Of a DNA stretch of 64,000 nt, positions 37,690 to 50,180 are shown piece by piece. Source of the DNA: Macrostomum lignano (lineage: Eukaryota); the NCBI GenBank assembly GCA_002269645.1, contig NIVC01001167.1:124001-188000 (forward strand). Direction: 5' to 3'. Made by a program: the position numbers and the translations under genes. The stretch's first letter is position 1, and the number at the start of each line of letters is the position of its first letter. The notes under the pieces are model-generated. The model searched no databases. It was not told where the DNA came from and saw only the letters and a list, made by a program, of their open reading frames with translations.

Positions 37690-39630
37690 CTGTAATTTAC
37701 TGTCACTGCATGATAAATCTCTGTAATTTACTGTCACAGCATGATCAATCTCTGTAATTTACTGTCACTGCATGATAAATCTCTGTAATTTACTGTCACA
37801 GCATGACAAATCCCTGTAATTTACTGTCACAGAAGGATAAATCTCTGTAATTTACTGTCACAGCATGATCAATCCCTGTAATTTACTGTCACAGCCTGAT
37901 CAATCTCTGTAATTTACTGTCACAGAAGGATAAATCTCTGTAATTTACTGTCACAGAAGGATAAATCTCTGTAATTTACTGCCACAGCATGATCAATCTC
38001 TGTAATTTACTGTCACAGCATGATCAATCTCTGTAATTTACTGTCACAGCATGATCAATCTCTGTATTTACTGCCACAGCATGATCAATCTCTGTAATTT
38101 ACTGCCACAGCATGATCAATCTCTGTAATTTACTGTCACAGAAGGATAAATCTCTGTAATTTACTGTCACAGCATGATCAATCTCTGTATTTACTGTCAC
38201 AGAAGGATAAATCTCTGTAATTTACTGTCACAGAAGGATAAATCCCTGTAATTTACTGTCACAGAAGGATAAATCTCTGTAATTTACTGTCACAGCATGA
38301 TCAATCCCTGTAATTTACTGTCACAGCATGATCAATCTCTGTAATTACTGCCACAGCATGATCAATCTCTGTAATTTACTGTCACAGAAGGATAAATCTC
38401 TGTAATTACTGCCACAGCATGATCAATCTCTGTAATTTACTGTCACAGCCTGATCAATCTCTGTAATTACTGCCACAGCATGATCAATCTCTGTAATTTA
38501 CTGTCACAGAAGGATAAATCCCTGTAATTTACTGTCACAGAAGGATAAATCTCTGTAATTTACTGTCACAGCATGATCAATCCCTGTAATTTACTGTCAC
38601 AGCCTGATCAATCTCTGTAATTACTGCCACAGCATGATCAATCTCTGTAATTTACTGTCACAGAAGGATAAATCTCTGTAATTTACTGTCACAGCATGAT
38701 CAATCCCTGTAATTTACTGTCACAGCCTGATCAATCTCTGTAATTTACTGTCACAGAAGGATAAATCTCTGTAATTTACTGCCACAGCATGATCAATCTC
38801 TGTAATTTACTGTCACAGCCTGATCAATCTCTGTAATTTACTGCCACAGCATTATCAATCTCTGTAATTTACTGCCACAGCATGATCAATCTCTGTAATT
38901 TACTGTCACAGAAGGATAAATCCCTGTAATTTACTGTCACAGAAGGATAAATCTCTGTAATTTACTGTCACAGAAGGATAAATCTCTGTAATTTACTGCC
39001 ACAGCATGATCAATCTCTGTAATTTACTGTCACAGCATGATCAATCTCTGTAATTTACTGTCACAGCCTGATCAATCTCTGTAATTTACTGCCACAGCAT
39101 GATCAATCTCTGTAATTTACTGCCACAGCATGATCAATCTCTGTAATTTACTGCCACAGCATGATCAATCTCTGTAATTTACTGCCACAGCATGATCAAT
39201 CTCTGTAATTTACTGCCACAGCATGATCAATCTCTGTAATTTACTGCCACAGCATGATCAATCTCTGTAATTTACTGTCACAGCATGATCAATCTCTGTA
39301 ATTTACTGTCACAGAAGGATAAATCTCTGTAATTTACTGCCACAGCATGATCAATCTCTGTAATTTACTGCCACAGCATGATCAATCTCTGTAATTTACT
39401 GTCACAGCATGATCAATCTCTGTAATTTACTGTCACAGCATGATCAATCTCTGTAATTTACTGTCACAGCATGATCAATCTCTGTAATTTACTGCCACAG
39501 CATGATCAATCTCTGTATTTTACTGTCACAGCATGATCAATCTCTGTAATTTACTGCCACAGCATGATCAATCTCTGTAATTTACTGCCACAGCATGATC
39601 AATCTCTGTATTTTACTGTCACAGCATGAC
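37690..39630. repeat. 31-bp minisatellite ATCTCTGTAATTTACTGTCACAGCATGATCA
   Basis: About 60 copies, starting about 100 nt after the ENaC-A stop codon. Confidence 0.95.
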
Positions 39631-39929
39631 AGTGTCTTCAATATGGGATTCAGTTTTTCGAATATTAACAAGTGCGCAATTTGTTTGACCTTTTATGTAC
39701 CTAAAAACTACGAACCAATGTGTTCCTATCGCCAAAATACACCAACTCACAGCTAAATACTTTTCCTACATCCTTTGTTTTGAATATTTAAAAATTTATC
39801 TTTGTCAAAATTCTTTTGCTGGATTTAGTACACCATTTTGTTTTACAATTTTTAACAAATTCGACATAAATTCAAACTGCATAAGCGTGTTACAGTGGGT
39901 TACTTAATTGTCAGCTTGACCCTCAATTG

Positions 39930-40180
39930 ACCCTCGATCCGCTGTGTCTGACCCTCCACCCGCTGTGTCTGACCCCCAATCCGCTGTGTCTGACCCCCAA
40001 TCCGCTGTCTGACCCCCAATCCGCTGTGTCTGACCCCCCCAATCCGCTGTGTCTGACCCCCAATCCGCTGTGTCTGACCCCCAATCCGCTGTGTCTGACC
40101 CCCAATCCGCTGTGTCTGACCCTCAATCCGCTGTGTCTGACCCTCCACCCGCTGTGTCTGACCCTCCACCCGCTGTTTCT
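39930..40180 (-). repeat. Short array of the 21-bp satellite in reverse orientation (ATCCGCTGTGTCTGACCCTCA)
   Basis: Reverse complement of the unit at 43990-47020. Confidence 0.92.
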
Positions 40181-40609
40181 GAACTTCAACCCAGCAACAA
40201 CACCTCGTGATCACTAAAGCGACACTTTAAAATTCTATGGCTAAATAAGATGTTTTTTTTAGGTAAAAAATGTTAGAAATTAATTTAATCCATCTCATCT
40301 GAGATCAGTGGGAAACTAGATAATGCCATCAATTGCCCCTTAAGCAAATTTGACACTTACAAATTTATGCACATCTTGAATTGGTGAGTTGTTGGGAAAT
40401 GAAACGAAATAAATGGCGAGTTCAAGTGTATAGTTTTCAATCAGTCAATCAATCACCAGTCAAGTGTTTAGGAAAATTGGACCAAGAGCACTCAATCAGA
40501 GGTTTCATGACGATTTTCAATTTATCGCTAATGCAAAAACACGCCAAATATTCAAATAAGTATGTAGCATAGAGCCGCTCTTCAAACTCCAAATCTTCAC
40601 CGCATCGAG

Positions 40610-41626
40610 ATGGCCGAACCGCATCAGCAGATGCTGCTGTTCCTGCTTCTCGGGAGCCTGCCGCTAGCTCACGCTGAATGCCGCTCCGCCATCACCAAAT
40701 ACACTGTGCTCAGCGCTAACCACTGCCTGAACAAGTCAAAGTCCGTGTGGCAGCTCAGCTCCGGGCGCTCCTCGTCAATGCTCGACTGCTTCGTGTCGAG
40801 TCGGTCGTTCCGTCTCGGCAGCGTCGGCCTAGTGCAGCGGAGCAAGCGAGACGCCTCGTGTGCGCTGTTCCGCTTCGGTGAGGTGTGCCGCCTGCTCAAC
40901 ATGACCTCCACGACACCGTCTGAGGGAGTGGCCGCTGAGAGCACCTGCGAGACCGTGGTGGACTCGGAGTACGACGCGATCGCTGCGAACGAGCACTTCA
41001 GCGCTGTGTGGGTCGGAGACAGGGGACCGGCGCTGGAGAACCTGGTGTGCGGCTCCGAGGGACAGAGGAACCCCATGAAGTCCAGCGGTGTCTCGTGGAC
41101 GAACGAAGGCGCTCGCATGGACGGAGTCTCGTCTCGGCTGTGGGTGGACGACCCCACAGGTCTGGACTTCACGGCGTCCTACACCTGGGTGCTGCACCTG
41201 AAGAGAACGCCAGGTTTAGCTAGCTTTCTAGAACTGAGCAGCTGCATCGGATCCGGCAGCAAGCTCGACCACCTGCAAGAGTACTCAGTGATGACCGGAG
41301 TGAGTCGCGCCCTCTTCCTGAACCCGGGTTACTTCGCCAGATTCCAGACCAGCTCGGTGCTACCTGCGGACCCGAACGAGTTCTTCATCGCTGGCGTCTC
41401 ATTCAGGAGGCAGCAGAACCTGACTCGCTTCTTCTATGGAGCAAAGTTTCTACCGACTGCCGGCGTCTTCGCTCGGACGAACAGCTTCAACCAAGCCGGA
41501 GCCTGCATCCATGTGGGCTGGCGGTATGACGGCACCTGCATGCTTTATGGTGTGGTCAGAGCCGTGGCGGTTTCTAATACGAATCTACCGGAAGAAACCA
41601 TCAATAAAATTTTCTTCGGAGTGTAA
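40610..41626 (+). CDS. Secreted protein: signal peptide, Cys-containing N-terminal (PAN/apple-like?) region, C-terminal ConA/LamG-like domain (338 aa, intronless)
   Basis: GC-rich ORF with a hydrophobic leader (MLLFLLLGSLPLAHA). The C-terminal GVVRAVAVSNTNLPEETI resembles the end of LamG/pentraxin-type beta-sandwiches. Domain names are inferred from patterns only. Confidence 0.7.
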   Translation: MAEPHQQMLLFLLLGSLPLAHAECRSAITKYTVLSANHCLNKSKSVWQLSSGRSSSMLDCFVSSRSFRLGSVGLVQRSKRDASCALFRFGEVCRLLNMTSTTPSEGVAAESTCETVVDSEYDAIAANEHFSAVWVGDRGPALENLVCGSEGQRNPMKSSGVSWTNEGARMDGVSSRLWVDDPTGLDFTASYTWVLHLKRTPGLASFLELSSCIGSGSKLDHLQEYSVMTGVSRALFLNPGYFARFQTSSVLPADPNEFFIAGVSFRRQQNLTRFFYGAKFLPTAGVFARTNSFNQAGACIHVGWRYDGTCMLYGVVRAVAVSNTNLPEETINKIFFGV

Positions 41627-43189
41627 ATTGATTGTAAAACGTCAGGAATTAACAAAAGGTTTTGAACAACTATTTTTTGAAATAAATATCAGTTATACCA
41701 ACTCCCTCTGGAAAGATCTATTTCCAGTTAAAGTTAATTTTGTTCAAGTTTTCCCGATATTTTTGAATTTTTCATGAGCCCAGGAACGCTTTTTTATCTT
41801 TGCTTTTACGAGTATCTATATGAATTTTCTACACATTTTAACTTCAAACGATCGAGACCGTTCCGTGCAAAAAAATGGCTACCCGTCCCTGGATGCTGTT
41901 AATTAAACTTTGTTGAGTACTTACAGTGCACTCGCTGTTATTGGTACGCTCTTAGACCTATAAATAACTTCTTCAAAATCAGGTTTATTGTTTGACTGCC
42001 TTATTGAAGAACCGTTTTATTTTTTCTAGACTTCAAGCAAGCATAATCTGAAATTATATTTTCAGGATGGAAGCTTCAAAGAGGCTTTTCAGAGTCAAAA
42101 TTAAAATATACATTCTATCATCTTGTTTTCAGGGTGATTGGGGCCTAAATCAGCTGTGCTTTAATGGAGGAGTTTTAATTGCTTTCATTCCACAATAGAG
42201 TCAACCGATAGAACAGGTTGCTGTCGAAAAGGAATTCGGATTAGGGCGCCGCAGGCTGGAACGGTAAGCACAAATTTTCGCATACCCGTGCAGCAACAGG
42301 ACGTCCGCCTACAACCCGACGTCAATGGACATTGTTGGCAAAATGATACTTCTATCTTACACCGAAGTATAACGACGCCATCCGTCGGCTGATTGTCGCA
42401 TGATTTAAATCAGATTGCTGTACAGGATACTCTATAACCGGATGCACAGTTTCAAAAAGCATGTAATTCAACTATTCTTAAATTATTAGTACTCACACGT
42501 GCCATTGTGATTATTTCACGACCTAACATTGAGCTACAGTAATGCAAAATATTCCTATATTCCTATGCTATTATCTTTAGTTGCTTCGTCCAAACTACGT
42601 AATTTAACTGCTGAATAAACAAAAAATCTATTAAGAGGCTTGTAACCACTGCTCCAAATAAAAGAGCAACGAAATTTAAATCGAAGTTCCCAAATAAGTG
42701 GGGCCCTTTTTAATTCACTAATTTAAGTGTTGACTTGCTTCTCCTGAAGCCAGAAAGGATCTAATTTTGCTGAAAGCTTGTACGCATTCATTTAAAGGCC
42801 GTATAAACAAATGGGGGACGGGGAAGCAAAAAGTCCATCTCGTTGAAAACGATAATGTCGTCAAATTTGCAAATTGGCCGATTTATATAAATTCAAAAAT
42901 GATAATTAGGATATGAAAAACAGCTCTTGGCCATGAAGATGTTTACAGCTATCGCCCGTCAGCCTGTCCATGCCCCCGCCCAGAAAGCTATGGGGGGCTT
43001 CCCATAATGCTTTGTCTCCCCGCCCCACCCACTTTGTGTACCGTTTTGTAAGTCAATAATTTTGCCTCAGGGCCCCAAAATGAGCAATCAACACCGATTC
43101 TTAAAATAATATAGGAATTTAATAATGCAAACTTCTCGCCTTTGTCCACCCATCATAAAATTCATGGCGATGCATAGTCTCGGGTTAGA

Positions 43190-43652
43190 AAACACCGCAG
43201 GTCTGGACTTCACGGCGTCCTACACCTGGGTGCTGCACCTGAAGAGAACTCCAGGAAAGCAGAGCTACTTGTCATGGGGCAGTTGCTGCAACGCTAGCAA
43301 AGAGGACATTCGATTTTTTGGGAAGAATATAAGCCTATGCTTAAAGTTGATTCCACTAATGAAAATTATTTACGGATCTGTCCTGCCCGCCAACGCTGAC
43401 CAATTCTTCACTGTCGGTGTGGTCCGGGACACGGCCGCAGGCAGGACTCAATTCTTTGTCAAATCGGAATTTTTCCCGAGGCAAAAAGTTTAATCGCTTC
43501 AAATATGACTGCAAGCAGTGGAAAGAGTTTCTGCTTGAAGATGGGCTGGCAAACTCTGGCCCAGCGGAGTCATCAAGGCTGTCGCCGTGACCAACCGGGT
43601 TCTGACTGAGGATCAGATCCTGATGCTTTTCCACCAGCAACTCAAATACTGA
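43190..43652 (+). pseudogene. Frameshifted 3' fragment paralogous to the 40610-41626 gene
   Basis: GLDFTASYTWVLHLKRTPG is identical to the 40610 gene, SVLPANADQFF aligns to SVLPADPNEFF, and GVIKAVAVTNRVLTEDQI aligns to GVVRAVAVSNTNLPEETI. In-frame stops lie between 43491 and 43560, and no 5' half was found. Confidence 0.65.
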
Positions 43653-43989
43653 GTGAGGTATGGACCATTCAAAATGCGTTGATGTACATGAAAACTGATA
43701 TGAACTGACATGAACTGACATGAACTGACATGAAAGCTAAGGCCGATTCTCATGCACCAGATGGGTTGCTGATGAGGCCGATTCTCATGCACCAGATGAG
43801 TGCTGAGGCCGATTCTCATGCACCAGATGAGTGCTGAGGCCGATTCTCATGCACCAGATGAGTGCTGAGGCCGATTCTAATCCGGCCTGCTCAGGGTTTG
43901 TTTCTCTGCTCAGCCCTCTTCTCTCCTCTCGCTTCTCTCCCATCTCACGTCTCTCCCTTATCTCCTCTTTCTTCTCTCTCCTCTCTCCT

Positions 43990-46900
43990 GAGAAACAGCA
44001 GATAGAGGGTTAAATACAGCGGATTGAGGGTGAGACACAGCAGATAGAGGGTCAGACACAGCGGATTGAGGGTCAGACACAGCGGATTGAGGGTGAGACA
44101 CAGCGGATTGAGGGTGAGACACAGCGGATTGAGGGTCAGACACAGCGGATTGAGGGTGAGACACAGCGGATTGAGGGTGAGACACAGCGGATTGAGGGTC
44201 AGACACAGCGGATTGAGGGTGAGACACAGCGGATTGAGGGTGAGACACAGCGGATTGAGGGTGAGACACAGCGGATTGAGGGTGAGACACAGCGGATTGA
44301 GGGTGAGACACAGCGGATTGAGGGTCAGACACAGCGGATTGAGGGTGAGACACAGCGGATTGAGGGTGAGACACAGCGGATTGAGGGTCAGACACAGCGG
44401 ATTGAGGGTGAGACACAGCGGATTGAGGGTGAGACACAGCGGATTGAGGGTGAGACACAGCGGATTGAGGGTGAGACACAGCGGATTGAGGGTGAGACAC
44501 AGCGGATTGAGGGTGAGACACAGCGGATTGAGGGTGAGACACAGCGGATTGAGGGTGAGACACAGCGGATTGAGGGTGAGACACAGCGGATTGAGGGTGA
44601 GACACAGCGGATTGAGGGTCAGACACAGCGGATTGAGGGTCAGACACAGCGGATTGAGGGTCAGACACAGCGGATTGAGGGTGAGACACAGCGGATTGAG
44701 GGTCAGACACAGCGGATTGAGGGTGAGACACAGCGGATTGAGGGTCAGACACAGCGGATTGAGGGTGAGACACAGCGGATTGAGGGTGAGACACAGCGGA
44801 TTGAGGGTCAGACACAGCGGATTGAGGGTGAGACACAGCGGATTGAGGGTGAGACACAGCGGATTGAGGGTGAGACACAGCGGATTGAGGGTGAGACACA
44901 GCGGATTGAGGGTGAGACACAGCGGATTGAGGGTGAGACACAGCGGATTGAGGGTGAGACACAGCGGATTGAGGGTGAGACACAGCGGATTGAGGGTCAG
45001 ACACAGCGGATTGAGGGTGAGACACAGCGGATTGAGGGTGAGACACAGCGGATTGAGGGTGAGACACAGCGGATTGAGGGTCAGACACAGCGGATTGAGG
45101 GTGAGACACAGCGGATTGAGGGTCAGACACAGCGGATTGAGGGTGAGACACAGCGGATTGAGGGTCAGACACAGCGGATTGAGGGTGAGACACAGCGGAT
45201 TGAGGGTGAGACACAGCGGATTGAGGGTCAGACACAGCGGATTGAGGGTCAGACACAGCGGATTGAGGGTGAGACACAGCGGATTGAGGGTGAGACACAG
45301 CGGATTGAGGGTGAGACACAGCGGATTGAGGGTGAGACACAGCGGATTGAGGGTGAGACACAGCGGATTGAGGGTGAGACACAGCGGATTGAGGGTGAGA
45401 CACAGCGGATTGAGGGTGAGACACAGCGGATTGAGGGTGAGACACAGCGGATTGAGGGTGAGACACAGCGGATTGAGGGTGAGACACAGCGGATTGAGGG
45501 TCAGACACAGCGGATTGAGGGTGAGACACAGCGGATTGAGGGTCAGACACAGCGGATTGAGGGTGAGACACAGCGGATTGAGGGTAAGACACAGCGGATT
45601 GAGGGTCAGACACAGCGGATTGAGGGTGAGACACAGCGGATTGAGGGTGAGACACAGCGGATTGAGGGTCAGACACAGCGGATTGAGGGTGAGACACAGC
45701 GGATTGAGGTTGAGACACAGCGGATTGAGGGTGAGACACAGCGGATTGAGGGTGAGACACAGCGGATTGAGGGTGAGACACAGCGGATTGAGGGTGAGAC
45801 ACAGCGGATTGAGGGTGAGACACAGCGGATTGAGGGTGAGACACAGCGGATTGAGGGTGAGACACAGCGGATTGAGGGTCAGACACAGCGGATTGAGGGT
45901 GAGACACAGCGGATTGAGGGTGAGACACAGCGGATTGAGGGTGAGACACAGCGGATTGAGGGTCAGACACAGCGGATTGAGGGTGAGACACAGCGGATTG
46001 AGGGTCAGACACAGCGGATTGAGGGTCAGACACAGCGGATTGAGGGTCAGACACAGCGGATTGAGGGTGAGACACAGCGGATTGAGGGTCAGACACAGCG
46101 GGTGGAGGGTCAGACACAGCGGATTGAGGGTCAGACACAGCGGATTGAGGGTGAGACACAGCGGATTGAGGGTCAGACACAGCGGGTGGAGGGTCAGACA
46201 CAGCGGGTGGAGGGTCAGACACAGCGGGTGGAGGGTCAGACACAGCGGATTGAGGGTCAGACACAGCGGATTGAGGGTGAGACACAGCGGATTGAGGGTC
46301 AGACACAGCGGGTGGAGGGTCAGACACAGCGGGTGGAGGGTCAGACACAGTGGTTGGAGGGTCAGACACAGCGGATTGAGGGTCAGACACAGCGGATTGA
46401 GGGTGAGACACAGCGGATTGAGGGTGAGACACAGCGGATTGAGGGTGAGACACAGCGGATTGAGGGTCAGACACAGCGGATTGAGGGTCAGACACAGCGG
46501 ATTGAGGGTCAGACACAGCGGATTGAGGGTGAGACACAGCGGATTGAGGGTGAGACACAGCGGATTGAGGGTGAGACACAGCGGATTGAGGGTCAGACAC
46601 AGCGGATTGAGGGTCAGACACAGCGGATTGAGGGTCAGACACAGCGGATTGAGGGTGAGACACAGCGGATTGAGGGTCAGACACAGCGGGTGGAGGGTCA
46701 GACACAGCGGATTGAGGGTGAGACACAGCGGATTGAGGGTGAGACACAGCGGATTGAGGGTCAGACACAGCGGGTGGAGGGTCAGACACAGCGGGTGGAG
46801 GGTCAGACACAGCGGGTGGAGGGTCAGACACAGCGGATTGAGGGTCAGACACAGCGGATTGAGGGTGAGACACAGCGGATTGAGGGTCAGACACAGCGGG

Positions 46901-47020
46901 TGGAGGGTCAGACACAGCGGGTGGAGGGTCAGACACAGTGGGTGGAGGGTCAGACACAGCGGATTGAGGGTCAGACACAGCGGATTGAGGGTGAGACACA
47001 GCAGACAGAGGGTGTGACAC
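43990..47020 (+). repeat. 21-bp satellite GACACAGCGGATTGAGGGT(C/G)A, about 140 copies
   Basis: Homogeneous array. A GCGGGTGG variant is concentrated after 46090. Confidence 0.98.
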
Positions 47021-47632
47021 AGCGCTTCTCTAATCAGTCCTAACTAAGATTAGTCGTCGACTTGCTCGATGTCATCTGGTCAAGTTGGGGCATCTTGAAG
47101 AGCCTTACAACCGAAAATGGACCCCTGCAGTTGGCCACGAGTTTGATGACTGCCTGGCGAGCCGGGAGATCCATCACAAGCAACTGTCGATCCAAACTGC
47201 ACTCTCAGCGAGGACGAGACGATGCACTCGCGGTCACCGGATGGAGCTTCTGCATGGTGATCCGAACAAAATTGTCGTGGTCTACAGGGTGACCGAAACT
47301 CAACCCGGCTCGCATTCCGACCTGACTCGTAAGCCAAGCAGCCGATATGTCGGCTCATGACCGGGTCGGCGCGGCAAATTAAGCAGCGATCAAAGCGCCG
47401 AGGCGACACGCATCGGCGACAAGACCGCGATTCTTTCTTATATTACGAGTTATTACAGTACAAAAATATGCGAGAAAAGAGATGAGATAGAAAATAAGAT
47501 AAGAGAGGGAGAGAAGAGAAGAGCGAGGAGAGAAAACAAGAGAGAGGAGAGGAGACGAGAGAGGAGAGGAGGCGAGAAAGGAGAGGAGACGAGAGAGGAG
47601 AGGAGACGAGAGAGGAGAGAGGAGAGAACTTG

Positions 47633-47720
47633 CCTTGAGCGGGCCGGATTGCTTTTGTAAAGTCTCAAAGACCCGAGGGCCGGATTGAGAGGCTTCGGGG
47701 CCGTAGTTTGCAGACCCCTG
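47633..47720. mobile_element. hAT-MITE-like right end (GGGCCGGATT...GGGCCGTAGTTTGCAGACCCCTG)
   Basis: The terminal motif resembles CAGGGG-ended hAT non-autonomous elements. A matching left terminus and TSD were not found; only a subterminal 18-bp inverted copy at 43879-43896. Confidence 0.4.
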
Positions 47721-48024
47721 ATATACGCGCTAGTATTAAATAGAAACAATCAAAGCTCAACGCAGAAGAGAGCAGGCAAGGCTGCATTGTTCTTATTGAC
47801 AATTCCTTTTGTGTGGTTAAGAACGCAAATAAACTGTTGCATGGCTTGCCAGCCTTTCTACTGAGAAGGAATCGAAGCTTTCCAGACTTTTATATTTTCA
47901 AAAACAAGCTTTCGAAAAAATGAAACGTTTCTGAGATTGGCGACCCTTTAAAATGTTTAAACATTGGTCACCAGCAAAAGTTTGAGGGGCTTCACAGTTG
48001 CCATAGCAACGGACAGTTTTTGCT

Positions 48025-50180
48025 TCAGTCTGGAGACCCCTCGGACTCCGAGCCGGTCGTTCCGCCGCGGCAGCGCTGCGCCAGGATGTAGAAAAACTCG
48101 AGCAGCTCGAACGTGCTGACAACGCTGATTCCCAGCCAGAGCCCCAGAGTTCCTCCAACCTGTGGGATTTCAAACGGCACCAACCAATCATTGATCGAGC
48201 ATGCGAAACTCGAAATAGCGTCAAACATCGCGTTTGATAAATAGACAGTCCTTGATGCAGTATTCTTTGCTAAAACATTAAAGTTACTTGAGAATTAGTT
48301 GGTTTGATAAGCTCCCGAGACAACTACTTCGACTGCAATGTTGATTAGCAGGAACACTCTCCGCATTTCTAAGGCCAATGTGTGAAATGCCTCACCTCGG
48401 ACAGAGCTTCAGTCCAGTGGTAGCCGGCCTTCTCTTTGTAAACGTCAGCTCCCGGGCTCTGCAAGCTGATGCTGACTGATGCCAGGGTGTCAGCCAAAGT
48501 TTTTTGGTAGATGCAGTAGGACATGTTTTTCAGATGCTGCAGCATCAAAGAAATGTTGCATTCGTAATAATAACTCCTGGTGGAATTTCTGCAGAAGAAG
48601 CTAAAGCAGTTATAGTCTTGCGTAAGAAACACCAAAATTTGCCCTAATTGTCGAGATTCATTCATATTCCTGAATATGTGATGCTCTTTGCCATCCTCGG
48701 GCAGGAACTCGACTCCATGTCTGTATTGCGGGGGCATCATCAGGTTCTCCCAGATCTCTTGAACGGCGCTGAACGGGGGCCACCTGCGGCTCTGCTGCCA
48801 AGGCCGTTGCTGAGTGAACTGGCACCACATCCGGTGCTGGAACTCCTTCGCCAGCTCCTCGCTTTTCCTCTGTGCGTGCTCGAGCCAGATGTCATGGCAG
48901 TCAATTCTCTTGAGCACAGCATCCGATGGGGTGATCCACTCCTGCGGTGGAGCGAAGTAGCACAGGTCGCTCGTATTTACCGAGAACGCGAGCAGGTGCG
49001 AATAGCAGCCGCAGTTGCTGTGCAGGATGCTCTGCTGTGCCTCGACTACGAAATCGGAGACGGACTTTGAGTAGGCCTTGGTGACCACGTTCAGCGAGGC
49101 GTTGGAGAAGTGCCTGACATAGTTGATGGTTTCGATTGGAGGCTCGGAGCATCTGCGGCTCGGCGTCGATATGAGTCGGTTGTGGACCGGCCTGAGTTTG
49201 ATGGAGGTGCTGGTGGCTGAGGCCACGTCCACAAACTCCGTCTCTGCAGTTTGGCATGGATTTTCCAGTGTCCGTTATCACGTAACTATTTTCTATAAAT
49301 GTTCCAATAAATGTTAAAATAACTCAAATAAGATCTCCATTAAATGATACGTACGGCTCATCGGGTAGCTGTGCGCCTCGTGAATAAAAAGTCGCAGTCC
49401 TTTCGACTGAGGATCACTGCTTTTCAGCAACCTGTTCGTCGCACCTTGACGCGCAATTAGTCGCTTGAAGCAGACTCCCACAGAATCGGAATTTAGGAAG
49501 TCATTATGAGGCTCAGAGGACACAGTGTAGCCATCGGTGAAGAGCACCATGTCCAGCTCGGCTCCCCTGCCCCCAGGACCGCTGTACGACTGCCCCGGGT
49601 CCGGGTGGAACGTGTAGCAGCTCCAGAACCGGCTGGTCTGGACAAGCGAGAAGTTCTTGTGACTGCAGGGCTCGTTGTTGTAGCGGCAGCTCAGCAGCAT
49701 GGTCTTATCGAGGTGGGAGATGTCTCTGGTGTCGCCCGACACCCACATCACGTCCAGGAGCTTCTTGCACACCGTCTCAAGTCGGTCTTCGTAGCTTTCA
49801 TCCGATTCTTGCGGGCGCTTCTTGGTGTCCTCCTGGAACCAGTTGTCGAATTTACCCCAATATTTTTTCAAGTAGTCGTGATAAACATCAAACCAAGTCA
49901 AAGATGAAGAAGCGGGCTTAAAGTTGCAAATTGTGACGTCGGGAAACTGGGCTCGTTCGCTCCTCAGCTTCAGCTGCGACTCAATGGAGTGCTCGGTGAA
50001 TTTCTGCACCAACTTGGCCAGGTGGACGGTGCAGCCGATCAGGGCAGCTACGAACAGAAGCAGCCAGAAGAGCCGTCGAGCTGTGCCTCTGGACAGGAAT
50101 ATGTGCAGCAAGCCGTGGGTTCTCGTGATGCCAGCCACCTCCTGGGCGGCACCGGTCACCGTGCGGAGTCGGGCTCGCAT
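48025..50180 (-). CDS. DEG/ENaC channel subunit, copy B (intact, 602 aa)
   Basis: Exons 50180-49355, 49243-48396, 48159-48025, GT-AG, with phases 1 and 0 as in copies A and C. Same family motifs (HG, FPDVTICN, GGTLGLWLGIS). Confidence 0.93.

Noticed and set aside
8130-39630. Restriction-site-like hexamers (GAATTC, AGATCT, GTTAAC, TCCGGA, TGATCA) in repeat units
   Set aside because: A 25-mer has roughly a one-in-three chance of containing a 6-bp palindrome, so the count seen among about 20 units is unremarkable.
43700-43880. Small 10-bp and 31-bp tandem duplications
   Set aside because: Only about four copies each, consistent with ordinary slippage in this repeat-rich genome.
43958-47043. 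About 1000-aa ORFs on both strands (RVRHSGL)n, (SHPQSAV)n
   Set aside because: 21-bp satellite open in several frames and on both strands, so an artefact.
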